NCBI GenBank assembly: GCA_965116475.1
Contig: OZ220691.1
Span: 3,483,077-3,547,076 of the forward strand
Direction: 5' to 3'
DNA: 64,000 nucleotides
Origin: Gemmatimonadota bacterium
Lineage (GTDB): Bacteria; Gemmatimonadota; Gemmatimonadetes; Palauibacterales; Palauibacteraceae
The translations under genes and the position numbers were made by a program. Positions within the stretch are counted from its first letter, which is position 1. Each line of letters starts with the position of its first letter. Shown here in pieces: positions 1 through 9,419 of the stretch. The notes under the pieces are model-generated. The model was not told the DNA's origin and made no database searches. It saw only the letters and a program-made list of their open reading frames with translations.

Positions 1-160
1 CGTGGCGGCCCGCGTGCTCGAGGTCGAGCACCGCATCCTCCCCGCGGCCGTCGAAGCGCTGGCTTCGGGCGCGGTTCGGCTGGAGGCGCACCGCCGGGTC
101 CACTGGGTTCGTGAGTGGTTCCAGACAGAGACGTTCACCAACCGGGAAGGATGAGTGGGA

Positions 161-1750
161 ATGCCGACTGCGCTCGTGAGCGTTTCGGACAAGACGGGAA
201 TCGAGGAATTCTGCGCCGGGCTGATCGCGCGGGGCTGGGAGATCGCGTCCACGGGAGGGACGATGCGGGCATTGCGCGCGGCGGGGCTTGAGGTCCGCGG
301 CGTGAGCGACTTGACCGGCCATCCGGAGATGCTCGATGGCCGGGTGAAGACGCTGCACCCGAGGGTGCACGGCGGGATCCTCGCCCGGCGCGAGGTGGCG
401 GACGACCTGGACCAACTCGCCGCGCACGGGATGGTTCCCATCGACCTCGTGGCCGTGAACCTGTACCCCTTCCGCGAGACGGTGGCTGGCGGCGACGTCA
501 CGCTCGGGGAAGCGCTGGAGCAGATCGACATCGGCGGCCCGACGATGCTCCGGGCGTCGGCGAAGAACCACCCGTCGGTCTGGTCGGTGTGCGACCCGGC
601 CGACTACGGGCGCGTGCTCGCGGCCATCGATGCCGGGGACGCGCCGGAGACGGCGGGGCTGAGGCGGGAGCTGGCGGTCAAGGTGTTCGGGCATACCACG
701 GCCTACGACGCGGCGATCACCCGCTACCTGGCCCGGCCGGACGGCGCCGCGGATGCGCCCGACCTCCCGGCGGGAGAGACCGTCATCCCGCTCGTCCGCG
801 TGCAGACGCTCCGCTACGGGGAGAACCCGGACCAGGAGGCCGCCTTCTACCGCGACGGGTCCGGTCCGGCGCGGGGGATTCCCGCGCTCGCCCAAGTCCA
901 CGGCCGGGAACTCTCGTTCAACAACCTTCTCGATGTGGACGGCGCCCTCACCGCGATCGCGCCCTTCGTGTTCGGGAGACGGGCCGCCTGCGCGATCCTC
1001 AAGCACTCGACGCCGTGCGGCCTCGCCGTCGGCACGTCTCCGCTGGAGGCCTACGAGAAGGCGCTCGCGTGCGATCCCGTTTCGGCGTTCGGCTCGGTCA
1101 TCGCCTTCACGGACCCGCTCACGGATGACGTCGCGGAAGCCCTCTCGCGCAACTTCGTGGAGTGCGTCGTGGCGCCGGGATACTCGGAGGACGCGCTCCA
1201 CATCCTGCGGGCGAAGAAGAACATCCGGATTCTGCAGCCCGAGGCGGGCGCGGCGCTGGACGCGGACGGTCATCTGCAGGACGGGGTCGAGGTGCGCGGC
1301 GTGCGCGGCGGGGTCCTGATGCAGGCGGCCCCGCGACCGGCACGCGAGGTGCGTCGGGAGGCGCACGTCCCGACGGCGCGCGCCCCGAGCGACGCGGAAT
1401 GGGACGATCTCGCGTTCGCCTGGTCCGCGGTGCAGAGCGTGAAGTCGAACGCGATCCTGCTCGCGCGCGATGGGGCCTCGATCGGCATCGGCGCGGGGCA
1501 GATGAGCCGCGTCGATTCGGTGGAGATCTCCGTCCGCAAGGCCCGGGCGCAGGGGTTCGACGTGACGGGCGCCGTCCTCGGGTCGGACGCGTTCTTCCCC
1601 TTCCGCGACGGCATCGATGCGGCGGCCGCCGCCGGGGTGACGGCGATCGCCCAGCCGGGTGGCTCGAAGCGCGATGCGGAGGTCATCGAGGCCGCGGACG
1701 AGCACGGCATGGCGATGGTCTTCACCGGCCGGCGGCTCTTCCGCCACTAG
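161..1750 (+). CDS. purH: Bifunctional AICAR transformylase / IMP cyclohydrolase
   Basis: 531-aa ORF with MGS-like N-terminus (ALVSVSDKTG, HPRVHGGILARR) and AICARFT C-terminal domain; start could be GTG 155 or ATG 161. Confidence 0.9.
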   Translation: MPTALVSVSDKTGIEEFCAGLIARGWEIASTGGTMRALRAAGLEVRGVSDLTGHPEMLDGRVKTLHPRVHGGILARREVADDLDQLAAHGMVPIDLVAVNLYPFRETVAGGDVTLGEALEQIDIGGPTMLRASAKNHPSVWSVCDPADYGRVLAAIDAGDAPETAGLRRELAVKVFGHTTAYDAAITRYLARPDGAADAPDLPAGETVIPLVRVQTLRYGENPDQEAAFYRDGSGPARGIPALAQVHGRELSFNNLLDVDGALTAIAPFVFGRRAACAILKHSTPCGLAVGTSPLEAYEKALACDPVSAFGSVIAFTDPLTDDVAEALSRNFVECVVAPGYSEDALHILRAKKNIRILQPEAGAALDADGHLQDGVEVRGVRGGVLMQAAPRPAREVRREAHVPTARAPSDAEWDDLAFAWSAVQSVKSNAILLARDGASIGIGAGQMSRVDSVEISVRKARAQGFDVTGAVLGSDAFFPFRDGIDAAAAAGVTAIAQPGGSKRDAEVIEAADEHGMAMVFTGRRLFRH

Positions 1751-1908
1751 TGGGACCGCCGCCCGCCGGCGCGTGGCCAGGTCCCGTGCCGGGCGAAGGG
1801 TTGCGAAACACGCGGCCCCGGAGCGGTTATAATTGAGTAAGTGACGCCGCGGACGAAGCGGCCGGCGGCCGGCGAGGGCCGGAGGCCGAACGGCAAGGGA
1901 GACTCCCC

Positions 1909-2940
1909 ATGGCGAACATTCATATTCCGCCCGGTTGGCGGATCAGGGAGAGCGAGGCGACGCCGGAGTCGGTGTACCTCGACCGGCGGCAGTTCGTGGC
2001 CCGCATGGGCGGGGGCGCGGTCCTCGCCGCCGCCTCGCTCGCCTGCCGGCCGGGCGCGGCGGCGGAAGCCCAGCAGCGCGGCCCCCTCGACAACATCCCG
2101 GACACCCCGACCGCGGATCTCTATCCCGTGGCCGTGAACGATCCGCGCTTCACGCCCGGCGACCGCCACAAGGAGGTGTCGCCCGAGGAGATCGTGGCCA
2201 CGTACAACAACTTCTACGAGTTCGGCACGGACAAGGACGGGGTGTGGCGCAACGTCGGCCCGTTCGAGGCTCGACCATGGCAACTGGAAGTCACGGGCCT
2301 CGTCGAGAACCCGGGCGTCTACGACCTGGTGGAGCTGGAACGCGCCTTCCCGCTCGAGGAACGGATCTACCGGCACCGCTGCGTGGAGCGGTGGTCCGTC
2401 GTCGTACCGTGGATCGGCTTCCCGCTCGCCCGGCTGCTGGAGCGGGTGCAGCCGCGCAACGATGCCCGCTACGTCGGCTTCGTGACCTTCAACCGGCCCG
2501 AGCAGGCCTTCGGCCAGAAGACGCAAAGCTGGTACAAGTGGCCCTACTACGAAGGGCTTCGCATGGACGAGGCGATGAACGAACTCGCCTTCGTCGTGAC
2601 GGGCATGTACGGCCATCCGCTCCAGAAGCAGAACGGCGCGCCGGTCCGTATCCACGTGCCCTGGAAATACGGATACAAGAGCCCCAAGAGCATCGTCCGC
2701 ATCGACGTCACCGCGGAGATGCCGACGACCTTCTGGAACGAGCTGCAGCCCTCCGAGTACGGCTTCTATTCGAACGTGGATCCGGGCGTGCCTCACCCCC
2801 GCTGGTCGCAGGAGCAGGAGGAGATCGTCGGCACGGGGCAACGGATTCCGACGCTCCCGTTCAACGGATATGGCGAGTGGGTGGGAGACCTCTACGATGG
2901 TCGCGTGACGCCCGTCGGTGACGTGCCGCACGCCCGCTGA
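1909..2940 (+). CDS. msrP: Protein-methionine-sulfoxide reductase catalytic subunit MsrP (YedY), molybdopterin oxidoreductase
   Basis: Tat motif RRQFV; NNFYEFG, LEERIYRHRCVERWSVVVPWIGFPL, PRWSQ motifs match E. coli MsrP closely; no msrQ adjacent. Confidence 0.85.
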   Translation: MANIHIPPGWRIRESEATPESVYLDRRQFVARMGGGAVLAAASLACRPGAAAEAQQRGPLDNIPDTPTADLYPVAVNDPRFTPGDRHKEVSPEEIVATYNNFYEFGTDKDGVWRNVGPFEARPWQLEVTGLVENPGVYDLVELERAFPLEERIYRHRCVERWSVVVPWIGFPLARLLERVQPRNDARYVGFVTFNRPEQAFGQKTQSWYKWPYYEGLRMDEAMNELAFVVTGMYGHPLQKQNGAPVRIHVPWKYGYKSPKSIVRIDVTAEMPTTFWNELQPSEYGFYSNVDPGVPHPRWSQEQEEIVGTGQRIPTLPFNGYGEWVGDLYDGRVTPVGDVPHAR

Positions 2941-3060
2941 AGTCCAGGCGGGCGGGATTCCTTGACCCGCCCGCCGTCCTCAGCTAGAGTCCCGCGGGCT
3001 TTGCGGAGGCGGAGCCCGCCCTGAATCGAGACTTTCCCCGAAACGCATATAGATACGCCC

Positions 3061-4065
3061 TTGAGACGACGCGCGATCGCAGCGCTCGTGCTTTTCCTGG
3101 GGGTTCTGATCAGCCAGGGTTGCGGCGCCGAATATCCGCAATCCGCACTGCACCCCAGTTCAGATTCGGCCACGATCATCGACCGGCTCTTCGACCAGAT
3201 CTTCTGGTGGGCGGTCGGCGTGTTCGTCGTGGTGGGGGGCATCCTCATCTACGTGGTCGTCCGCTTTCGCGAGCGGCCGGGCGACGGGCGGCCGAAGCAG
3301 GTCCACGGCCACCTTCTCCTCGAAGTGGGTTGGACGCTGGCCCCGGCGCTCATCCTCGTGGCGATCGCGATTCCGACCATCCGCGCCATCTTCATCATCG
3401 ACCGCTCGACGCCGGACCCGGAGGCGCTCGTCATCGAGGTCATCGGCAAGCAGTGGTGGTGGGAATTCCGCTATCCGGAACTCGGCATCGTGACGGCGAA
3501 CGAGGCGCACGTCCCGCTGGGCCGCACCGTCGACCTGAGGCTCCGTTCCGCCGACGTCATGCATTCGTTCTGGATCCCGCGCCTGGCCGGAAAGCGGGAC
3601 CTCGTGCCGGGGATCGAGAACCAGCTCTGGTTCCGGCCGGATTCCGTCGGCGTGTACCACGGGCAGTGCGCGGAGTTCTGCGGCACGGCGCACGCGCTCA
3701 TGGGGATGCGCGTGATCGTGGACGAACCCGGGGAGTTCGAGCGCTGGGCGCGGGCGAACGCGGAGCCGGCTTCGACGCCCGGGGACGCGGAGGCGCGGGC
3801 GGGGCAGGGCGTGTTCATGGCGAACGCGTGCGTGAGCTGTCACACGGTGAGAGGGACGCCGGCGGCGGGGCCGTTCGGCCCCGACCTCACCCACTTCGGG
3901 AGCCGGCTCACGATCGCCTCGGGCGTACTCGAGAACACGCCCGCGAACCTGGTGCGCTGGCTGGATTCCACCCAGCACGTGAAACCCGGAAACCTGATGC
4001 CCGAGGTGGAGCTGAGCGACGCACAGATTCGCCAGCTCGTCGCCTACCTCGGCTCGCTGCGTTAG
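3061..4065 (+). CDS. ctaC: Cytochrome c oxidase subunit II with C-terminal cytochrome c domain (caa3-type)
   Basis: CuA site HSFWIPRL...CAEFCGTAHALM; C-terminal CVSCH haem-c motif; TTG start. Confidence 0.9.
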   Translation: MRRRAIAALVLFLGVLISQGCGAEYPQSALHPSSDSATIIDRLFDQIFWWAVGVFVVVGGILIYVVVRFRERPGDGRPKQVHGHLLLEVGWTLAPALILVAIAIPTIRAIFIIDRSTPDPEALVIEVIGKQWWWEFRYPELGIVTANEAHVPLGRTVDLRLRSADVMHSFWIPRLAGKRDLVPGIENQLWFRPDSVGVYHGQCAEFCGTAHALMGMRVIVDEPGEFERWARANAEPASTPGDAEARAGQGVFMANACVSCHTVRGTPAAGPFGPDLTHFGSRLTIASGVLENTPANLVRWLDSTQHVKPGNLMPEVELSDAQIRQLVAYLGSLR

Positions 4066-4069
4066 CGCC

Positions 4070-5908
4070 ATGGCGATGACCGACGCGCATTCCACCGGAA
4101 TCCTGAGCTGGCTGACGACGGTCGACCACAAGCGGATCGCGATCATGTACTTCGTGGTCGGGTTCGTCTTCCTCCTCATCGCGGGCGTCGAGGGGCAGCT
4201 CATCCGGCTGCAGCTCGCCGCCCCCGAGCGCAGCTTCCTCGATCCGGACCTGTACAACCAGTTGTTCACGATGCACGGCACGACGATGGTGTTCTTCGCC
4301 GGCATGCCGCTCGTCGTCGCCTTCTTCAACTTCGTCGTGCCCCTGCAGATCGGGGCGCGCGATGTCGCCTTCCCGCGCCTGAACGCGTTCTCCTTCTGGG
4401 TCTTCCTCTTCGGCGGCCTCTTCCTGTACGCGAGCGTCCCGCTCCGCGTGATGCCCGATGGGGGCTGGTTCGCGTACATGCCGCTGACGAACCCCGAGTA
4501 TTCGCCGGGGCCGGGCATCGACTTCTACGTCCTCGCGCTCCTGATCTCCGGCGTGGGGTCGATCGCGGGCGGACTGAACTTCCTCGTCACGATCCTCAAC
4601 ATGAGGGCGCCGGGGATGACGTTCATGCGGATGCCGCTCTTCACCTGGATGGCGCTCATCGTCTCCGCGCTCATCCTGCTCGCCTTCCCGCCCTTCACGG
4701 TCGGCCTGATCTTCATGCTCTTCGACCGCAGCTTCGGAACGCACTTCTTCGACGCGGCGGCGGGCGCGGACCCCGTCCTCTGGCAGCACCTGTTCTGGGT
4801 CTTCGGCCACCCCGAGGTCTACATCCTCATCCTGCCCGCCTTCGGCATCGTGTCGGACGTGATCCCGACGTTCTCGCGGAAGATCCTGTTCGGGTATCCC
4901 GTCGTCGTCTTCTCGGGCGTCCTCATCGCCTTCCTCGGTTTCGGTGTCTGGGTCCACCACATGTTCTCGGTCGGACTCGGGCCGGTGGTGAACGCGGTCT
5001 TCGGCGGGGCGACGATGCTCATCGCGATTCCCACCGGGATCAAGATCTTCAACTGGATCGCGACGATGTGGGGGGGTCGTCTACGCTTCCGGACGGCGAT
5101 GCTGTTCGCGATCGGACTCGTGGCGACGTTCACGATCGGCGGCCTGAGCGGCGTCATGCACAGTTCGCCGCCCGCGGACCTGCAGCAGACGGACACGTAC
5201 TTCGTGGTGGCGCACTTCCACTACGTGCTCATCGGCGGGACCGTGTTCGGCCTCTTCTGCGGCTTCTACTACTGGTTCCCGAAGGCGACGGGGCGGATGC
5301 TGCACGAGGGGCTGGGGAAGGCCCACTTCTGGCTCTCCTTCCTCGCGCTGAACGTGACCTTCTTCCCGATGCACTTCTCGGGACTCCTGGGGATGCCGCG
5401 GCGTACCTACACCTACGCGGAGGGGCTGGGCCTGGACGTGTTCAACCTGATCTCGACCATCGGGGCCTTCATCTTCACGCTTTCCTTCGTGCCGCTGGTC
5501 TGGAACCTGTGGCGCACGTGGCGGCGCGGAGAGGCGGCCGGACACAATCCGTGGGACGCGTCGACGCTCGAATGGACGATGGCCTCGCCGCCGCCGCACT
5601 ACAACTTCGCGGAGATCCCGGCCGTCGACCGGCGGGACCCGCTCTGGCATCCCTACATCGAGCCGGAAGCGCGCCGCGAGGGGGATGAGCCCGGGGGCGC
5701 GGTGCCGCGGCGGCAGCCGGAGGAGCCGCCGGAGCCCGTGGTCATGCCGAATCCGTCGTACTGGCCGCTCGTGCTCGCCGTGGGGCTGCTCCTCATGACG
5801 ATCGGCGGGCTCGGGTCGCTGGGGCTGACGCTCTTCGGCCTGCTCGTGACGGCGGTGGGGCTCTTCGCGTGGGCCTTCGAGCCCCCGTTCGGCGAGGAGG
5901 CGCACTGA
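4070..5908 (+). CDS. ctaD: Cytochrome c oxidase subunit I
   Basis: 612-aa polytopic membrane protein with canonical COX1 motifs (WFFGHPEVY-like HPEVYILILPAFG, VWVHHMF). Confidence 0.95.
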   Translation: MAMTDAHSTGILSWLTTVDHKRIAIMYFVVGFVFLLIAGVEGQLIRLQLAAPERSFLDPDLYNQLFTMHGTTMVFFAGMPLVVAFFNFVVPLQIGARDVAFPRLNAFSFWVFLFGGLFLYASVPLRVMPDGGWFAYMPLTNPEYSPGPGIDFYVLALLISGVGSIAGGLNFLVTILNMRAPGMTFMRMPLFTWMALIVSALILLAFPPFTVGLIFMLFDRSFGTHFFDAAAGADPVLWQHLFWVFGHPEVYILILPAFGIVSDVIPTFSRKILFGYPVVVFSGVLIAFLGFGVWVHHMFSVGLGPVVNAVFGGATMLIAIPTGIKIFNWIATMWGGRLRFRTAMLFAIGLVATFTIGGLSGVMHSSPPADLQQTDTYFVVAHFHYVLIGGTVFGLFCGFYYWFPKATGRMLHEGLGKAHFWLSFLALNVTFFPMHFSGLLGMPRRTYTYAEGLGLDVFNLISTIGAFIFTLSFVPLVWNLWRTWRRGEAAGHNPWDASTLEWTMASPPPHYNFAEIPAVDRRDPLWHPYIEPEARREGDEPGGAVPRRQPEEPPEPVVMPNPSYWPLVLAVGLLLMTIGGLGSLGLTLFGLLVTAVGLFAWAFEPPFGEEAH

Positions 5909-6477
5909 TGGAGGGGCCGACCTCGACGGGCATCCCGAACCGCAAGCTCGCGATGTGGACCTTCATCGGGTCCGAGTGCATGCTCTTCGGCACCCTCATC
6001 GCCACGTACATGATCTATCGCGGGCGGAACCTCGTGCCGCCCTATCCGCACGACCTCCTGAACATCCCGTTCATCACGGTCACGACCTTCGTGCTCCTGA
6101 TGAGCAGCCTCATGATGGTGCTCGCGCTCGCGGCGGTGCAGAGGAACGACCTGCGGGCGACGAAGCTGTGGCTCGGCCTGACAGCACTGTTCGGCCTCAT
6201 CTTCCTCGGCGGGCAGTACTACGAGTTCAACCACTTCGTCCACGAGGGGCTGCCGCTGTCGAGGAACCTGTTCTCGTCGACCTTCTTCGTCCTCACGGGA
6301 ACCCACGGCGCTCACGTCGCCGGCGGCGTGATCTGGCTGAGCACGCTCCTCGTGAGGACGGTGCAGGGGAAGCTCGACGCCCGCCATGCGGAGACGGTGG
6401 AGATCGCCGGTCTCTACTGGCACTTCGTCGACGTCGTGTGGATTATCCTCTTCACCCTCATCTACCTGCTGGTGTGA
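5908..6477 (+). CDS. ctaE: Cytochrome c oxidase subunit III
   Basis: ATG overlaps ctaD stop (TGATG); COX3-like membrane protein; ORF track extends start to 5869. Confidence 0.85.
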   Translation: MEGPTSTGIPNRKLAMWTFIGSECMLFGTLIATYMIYRGRNLVPPYPHDLLNIPFITVTTFVLLMSSLMMVLALAAVQRNDLRATKLWLGLTALFGLIFLGGQYYEFNHFVHEGLPLSRNLFSSTFFVLTGTHGAHVAGGVIWLSTLLVRTVQGKLDARHAETVEIAGLYWHFVDVVWIILFTLIYLLV

Positions 6478-6484
6478 GGCACCC

Positions 6485-6778
6485 GTGAGCCACTCCGCCG
6501 AATCGCACCCGAGCACGCGCCTCTACGTCGCCGTCGCGGTGATCCTCGCCGCGCTGACGGCGCTCGAGGTGATGGTGTTCTACATCGAGGCGCTCGCGCC
6601 CGTGCTCATCCCGATCCTGCTCGTGATGATGGCGGCGAAATTCGCGCTCGTCGCGATGTTCTTCATGCACCTGAAGTCCGATGGCCCGGTCCTCACCGCC
6701 ATCTTCGCCTGGGGGGTGTTCATCGCCACCGCCATCGTCGTCGGGCTGATGGCGATCTTCGGGAAGTTCGGCGCCTGA
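6485..6778 (+). CDS. ctaF: Cytochrome c oxidase subunit IV (caa3 prokaryotic-type)
   Basis: Small ~97-aa protein with 3 TM helices directly after ctaE; GTG start inferred inside the longer ORF 6386-6778. Confidence 0.6.
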   Translation: MSHSAESHPSTRLYVAVAVILAALTALEVMVFYIEALAPVLIPILLVMMAAKFALVAMFFMHLKSDGPVLTAIFAWGVFIATAIVVGLMAIFGKFGA

Positions 6779-6814
6779 CGACGAACCTGCTGTAGGGCGC
6801 CGGGTGCCGGGCCG

Positions 6815-7618
6815 TCAGCGGGCCGGGGTCGCGGAAAGGGCGTAGAGGAAGAGGTTCACGCCCATCCGCATCGCGGACTCCCGTACCTCGGGCGCGTCCC
6901 CGTGCACGCCCTCGTCCTCCCAGCCGTCCCCCAGGTCGGATTCGAAGCTGTAGTAGACCGCGAGGCGGCCATCGAGGAAGATGCCGAACCCCTGTGCGGG
7001 ATTCCCGTCGTGCTCGTGGATCTTGGGCAGTCCGTCGGACATCTCGTAGAAGATCCGGTAGATGCTGTGCTCGAGCGGGACTTCGGCGAGGGGCAGGTCC
7101 GGGAAGAGGCGGGCGATCTCGCGGCGAAAGGACTCGTCGAGGCCGTAGTTGTCGTCCACGTGCAGGAAGCCGCCGCCGTACAGGTAGGCGCGCAGGCGTT
7201 CGACCTCGAGCGCGGTGAAGGACATGTTGCCGTGTCCCGTCGCGTACAGGTACGGATGGTCGGCGAGGTCGGGATCCGCGGCGCCCACTTCCGCCGGCCG
7301 GTCGGCCACCGGAATCCCGGTTCGGAGCCGGATCTGCTCGAGGAGGTTGTCGAGGCTCGAGGGATTCGCGTACCAGTCGCCCCCGCCGTCGTAGCGCAGG
7401 CGCGCGATCGTCGGCGGCTCCGTCCCCCCCGCGTCGCCCGGCGGCTGGCCGGCAAGGCTCGGGCAGGACCCGAGCGCGGCCAGCGCGGCGGCGGCGACGG
7501 CGACGAAACCGATCACCATCTGCGGCGCGCGGTCGCCGCGGCGCTGCGTGGCGCGGCAGTGCGGACAGGTCCGCGTCGCGTCCGGTACGCTGCACTTGCA
7601 GCGTCGGCAGGGCTTCAT
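6815..7618 (-). CDS. DUF4159 domain protein with N-terminal CxxC...CxxC zinc-ribbon-like segment
   Basis: C-terminal LFLYAL-type DUF4159 region; N-terminus CRRCKC...CPHC then a TM segment; real start may be the internal Met (MVIGF, ~7519). Confidence 0.55.
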   Translation of the reverse strand: MKPCRRCKCSVPDATRTCPHCRATQRRGDRAPQMVIGFVAVAAAALAALGSCPSLAGQPPGDAGGTEPPTIARLRYDGGGDWYANPSSLDNLLEQIRLRTGIPVADRPAEVGAADPDLADHPYLYATGHGNMSFTALEVERLRAYLYGGGFLHVDDNYGLDESFRREIARLFPDLPLAEVPLEHSIYRIFYEMSDGLPKIHEHDGNPAQGFGIFLDGRLAVYYSFESDLGDGWEDEGVHGDAPEVRESAMRMGVNLFLYALSATPAR

Positions 7619-7824
7619 TTGCCTGGGTTCATCGTGGCGCCTCGATCGCGTGGCGCGGCGCCCTGGCCGCGCCGTGTCCCACCCCGTCTTCCCGTCCGCC
7701 CGGCCCCGGGCGCGGATCGGCGATGGGCAGGTAGATTATCGGTTCGCGCGCCCCGGGGCGAAGGCTTAGGATGTGCCGCGCGACGGGCCGCTTTCCGGCC
7801 TGCCGGACCACGAGGACCTGGACG

Positions 7825-8964
7825 ATGCGTCGATACTCGGCCTACGACCCCCCTGAGTACGTCTCCTGGCAGCCGGACCCCGAACTCCTCGAGGAGTACA
7901 GGTCGCGCATCCGGGCGGACGATGCCCGCGCGCGCGAAATCGCCGCGTTGCCTCCCGGCGCGCACATCGAGCTGTATCGCGGGCTCCTCCGCTTCCGCCT
8001 CAGCGACATCGCCCTCACGAGGTGGGTGAAGCAGGGCGTGATCTCGAAGGCGTGGCTCGCGACCGGCGAGGAAGCGGTGACCGTTGGGGCCGTGAACGCG
8101 CTCGACCGCCGCGGCGCCGACGGGGACATCGTGGGGCCCATGATCCGCAACCAGGGCGCGAACCACGAGATGGGCATGCCGATGGCGGAGGTCTTCCGCA
8201 CCTACCTCGGGACGGCGGACGCCCCGGCGGAAGGACGGGACCTGCACCTCGGAGACCTGCGCTACGGCGTGTGTCCGCCCATCAGCATGGTCGCGACGCT
8301 GTCGACGGTCATGAACGGGTTCGCTCTCGCGTTCCGGATCCGCGGAGAGTCGCGGGTGGCGCTGACCTGGGTCGGGGACGGCGCAACGAAGCATGGCGAG
8401 GCGCACGAGGCGTTCGCCTTCGCGGCATCGCTCAGCCTGCCGATCGTCTTCATCATCCAGAACAACCAGGTGGCGCTGGGGACCCGGCTGGACCAGCACC
8501 ACGTGCCGCCCGACTTCTCGGACTGGGGCGCGGCGTACGGGATTCCCTCCGAATCGGTGGATGGGAACCACGTGCTCGAGGTCTATGCGGCGACGCGGGT
8601 GGCCGCCGAGCGCTGCCGGCGGGGGGAGGGGCCGCAACTCATCGAGGCGCGCACCTTCCGCATGGGAGGGCACGCGACGCACGACGTGCGCGAGGCCCGG
8701 GCCACCTTCTCCGGCGAATTGTTCCGGTACTGGGGCCGGCGCGATCCCATCGGGCTCTATGAGGAATACCTGGCGGGGATCGATCTCGGAGTCGCCGGCG
8801 CCGGCAACTTGCGAGAGCGGAACCTCCGGAAGCTCGCATTGGTGGAGCGTGAAGTGGAGACGGAGATCGAGCAGGCGGCGGACGAGGCGCTGGCGAGCCG
8901 CGAGACGGCCGTGCCCCGCGGCGAGACGGTGACGCGCGGCGTGTACGGCGGGGGGGCGGCGTGA
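7825..8964 (+). CDS. TPP-dependent dehydrogenase E1 component alpha subunit (pyruvate/2-oxoacid dehydrogenase family), orphan
   Basis: TPP-binding motif region GDGATKHGEAHEAFAFAASLSLPIVFIIQNNQ; no E1 beta or E2 gene adjacent. Confidence 0.8.
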   Translation: MRRYSAYDPPEYVSWQPDPELLEEYRSRIRADDARAREIAALPPGAHIELYRGLLRFRLSDIALTRWVKQGVISKAWLATGEEAVTVGAVNALDRRGADGDIVGPMIRNQGANHEMGMPMAEVFRTYLGTADAPAEGRDLHLGDLRYGVCPPISMVATLSTVMNGFALAFRIRGESRVALTWVGDGATKHGEAHEAFAFAASLSLPIVFIIQNNQVALGTRLDQHHVPPDFSDWGAAYGIPSESVDGNHVLEVYAATRVAAERCRRGEGPQLIEARTFRMGGHATHDVREARATFSGELFRYWGRRDPIGLYEEYLAGIDLGVAGAGNLRERNLRKLALVEREVETEIEQAADEALASRETAVPRGETVTRGVYGGGAA

Positions 8965-9419
8965 CGGGCGGCGGCGCCCGCCCGCGGCGGTCGGGCCGGG
9001 TCGACGGCGCCACGTGGACGCTGTACGACGCCGGCCGGGCGCCGTCCGGCCTCGGGCTCGGCTACTTCGTTTGCGACGACCCGGAGGTGGCGGACCGGCG
9101 GGCGGCGCTTCCCGCGGGGCTGGTCCTCGCGGATCTCGACGACGACGCCTTTCGCGCGTTGTGGGAGGCGGGACGACCGCTCACGGGGACCGAGCGCCGG
9201 GTCATCGACGGCAGCGGAGCGATCTGGCTTGCCCAGGGCCGGGGGCCGGTCTGGGCCGAGGGAGGGAGCGCGGCGGGTACCGTGGGCCTTCGCGTCCGCT
9301 GCATCAGCGCCGACCGCCCCGTGCTGGAGTTGAACGGCGCCTCGCTCTCCGGGATGTCGGACGCGGAACTGATCGCGCGGGTCGGCCCGCCTGAAGGAGT
9401 CGCGCCATCCTCCGATTGA
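8961..9419 (+). CDS. Hypothetical protein
   Basis: 152-aa ORF with 4-nt start-stop overlaps to E1-alpha and rnz; no recognisable motif. Confidence 0.4.
   Translation: MTGGGARPRRSGRVDGATWTLYDAGRAPSGLGLGYFVCDDPEVADRRAALPAGLVLADLDDDAFRALWEAGRPLTGTERRVIDGSGAIWLAQGRGPVWAEGGSAAGTVGLRVRCISADRPVLELNGASLSGMSDAELIARVGPPEGVAPSSD

Noticed and set aside
589-1836. Multiple overlapping ORFs (589-1128, 753-1319, 1162-1836, 1270-1725 -) inside purH
   Set aside because: They are alternative-frame Arg/Pro/Gly-rich translations typical of 70% GC DNA, all inside a well-supported purH.
3160-4960. Long antisense ORFs 3160-4518 (-) and 3908-4960 (-) opposite ctaC/ctaD
   Set aside because: Low-complexity R/P/D/E-rich composition, no start context, antisense to strongly conserved oxidase genes.
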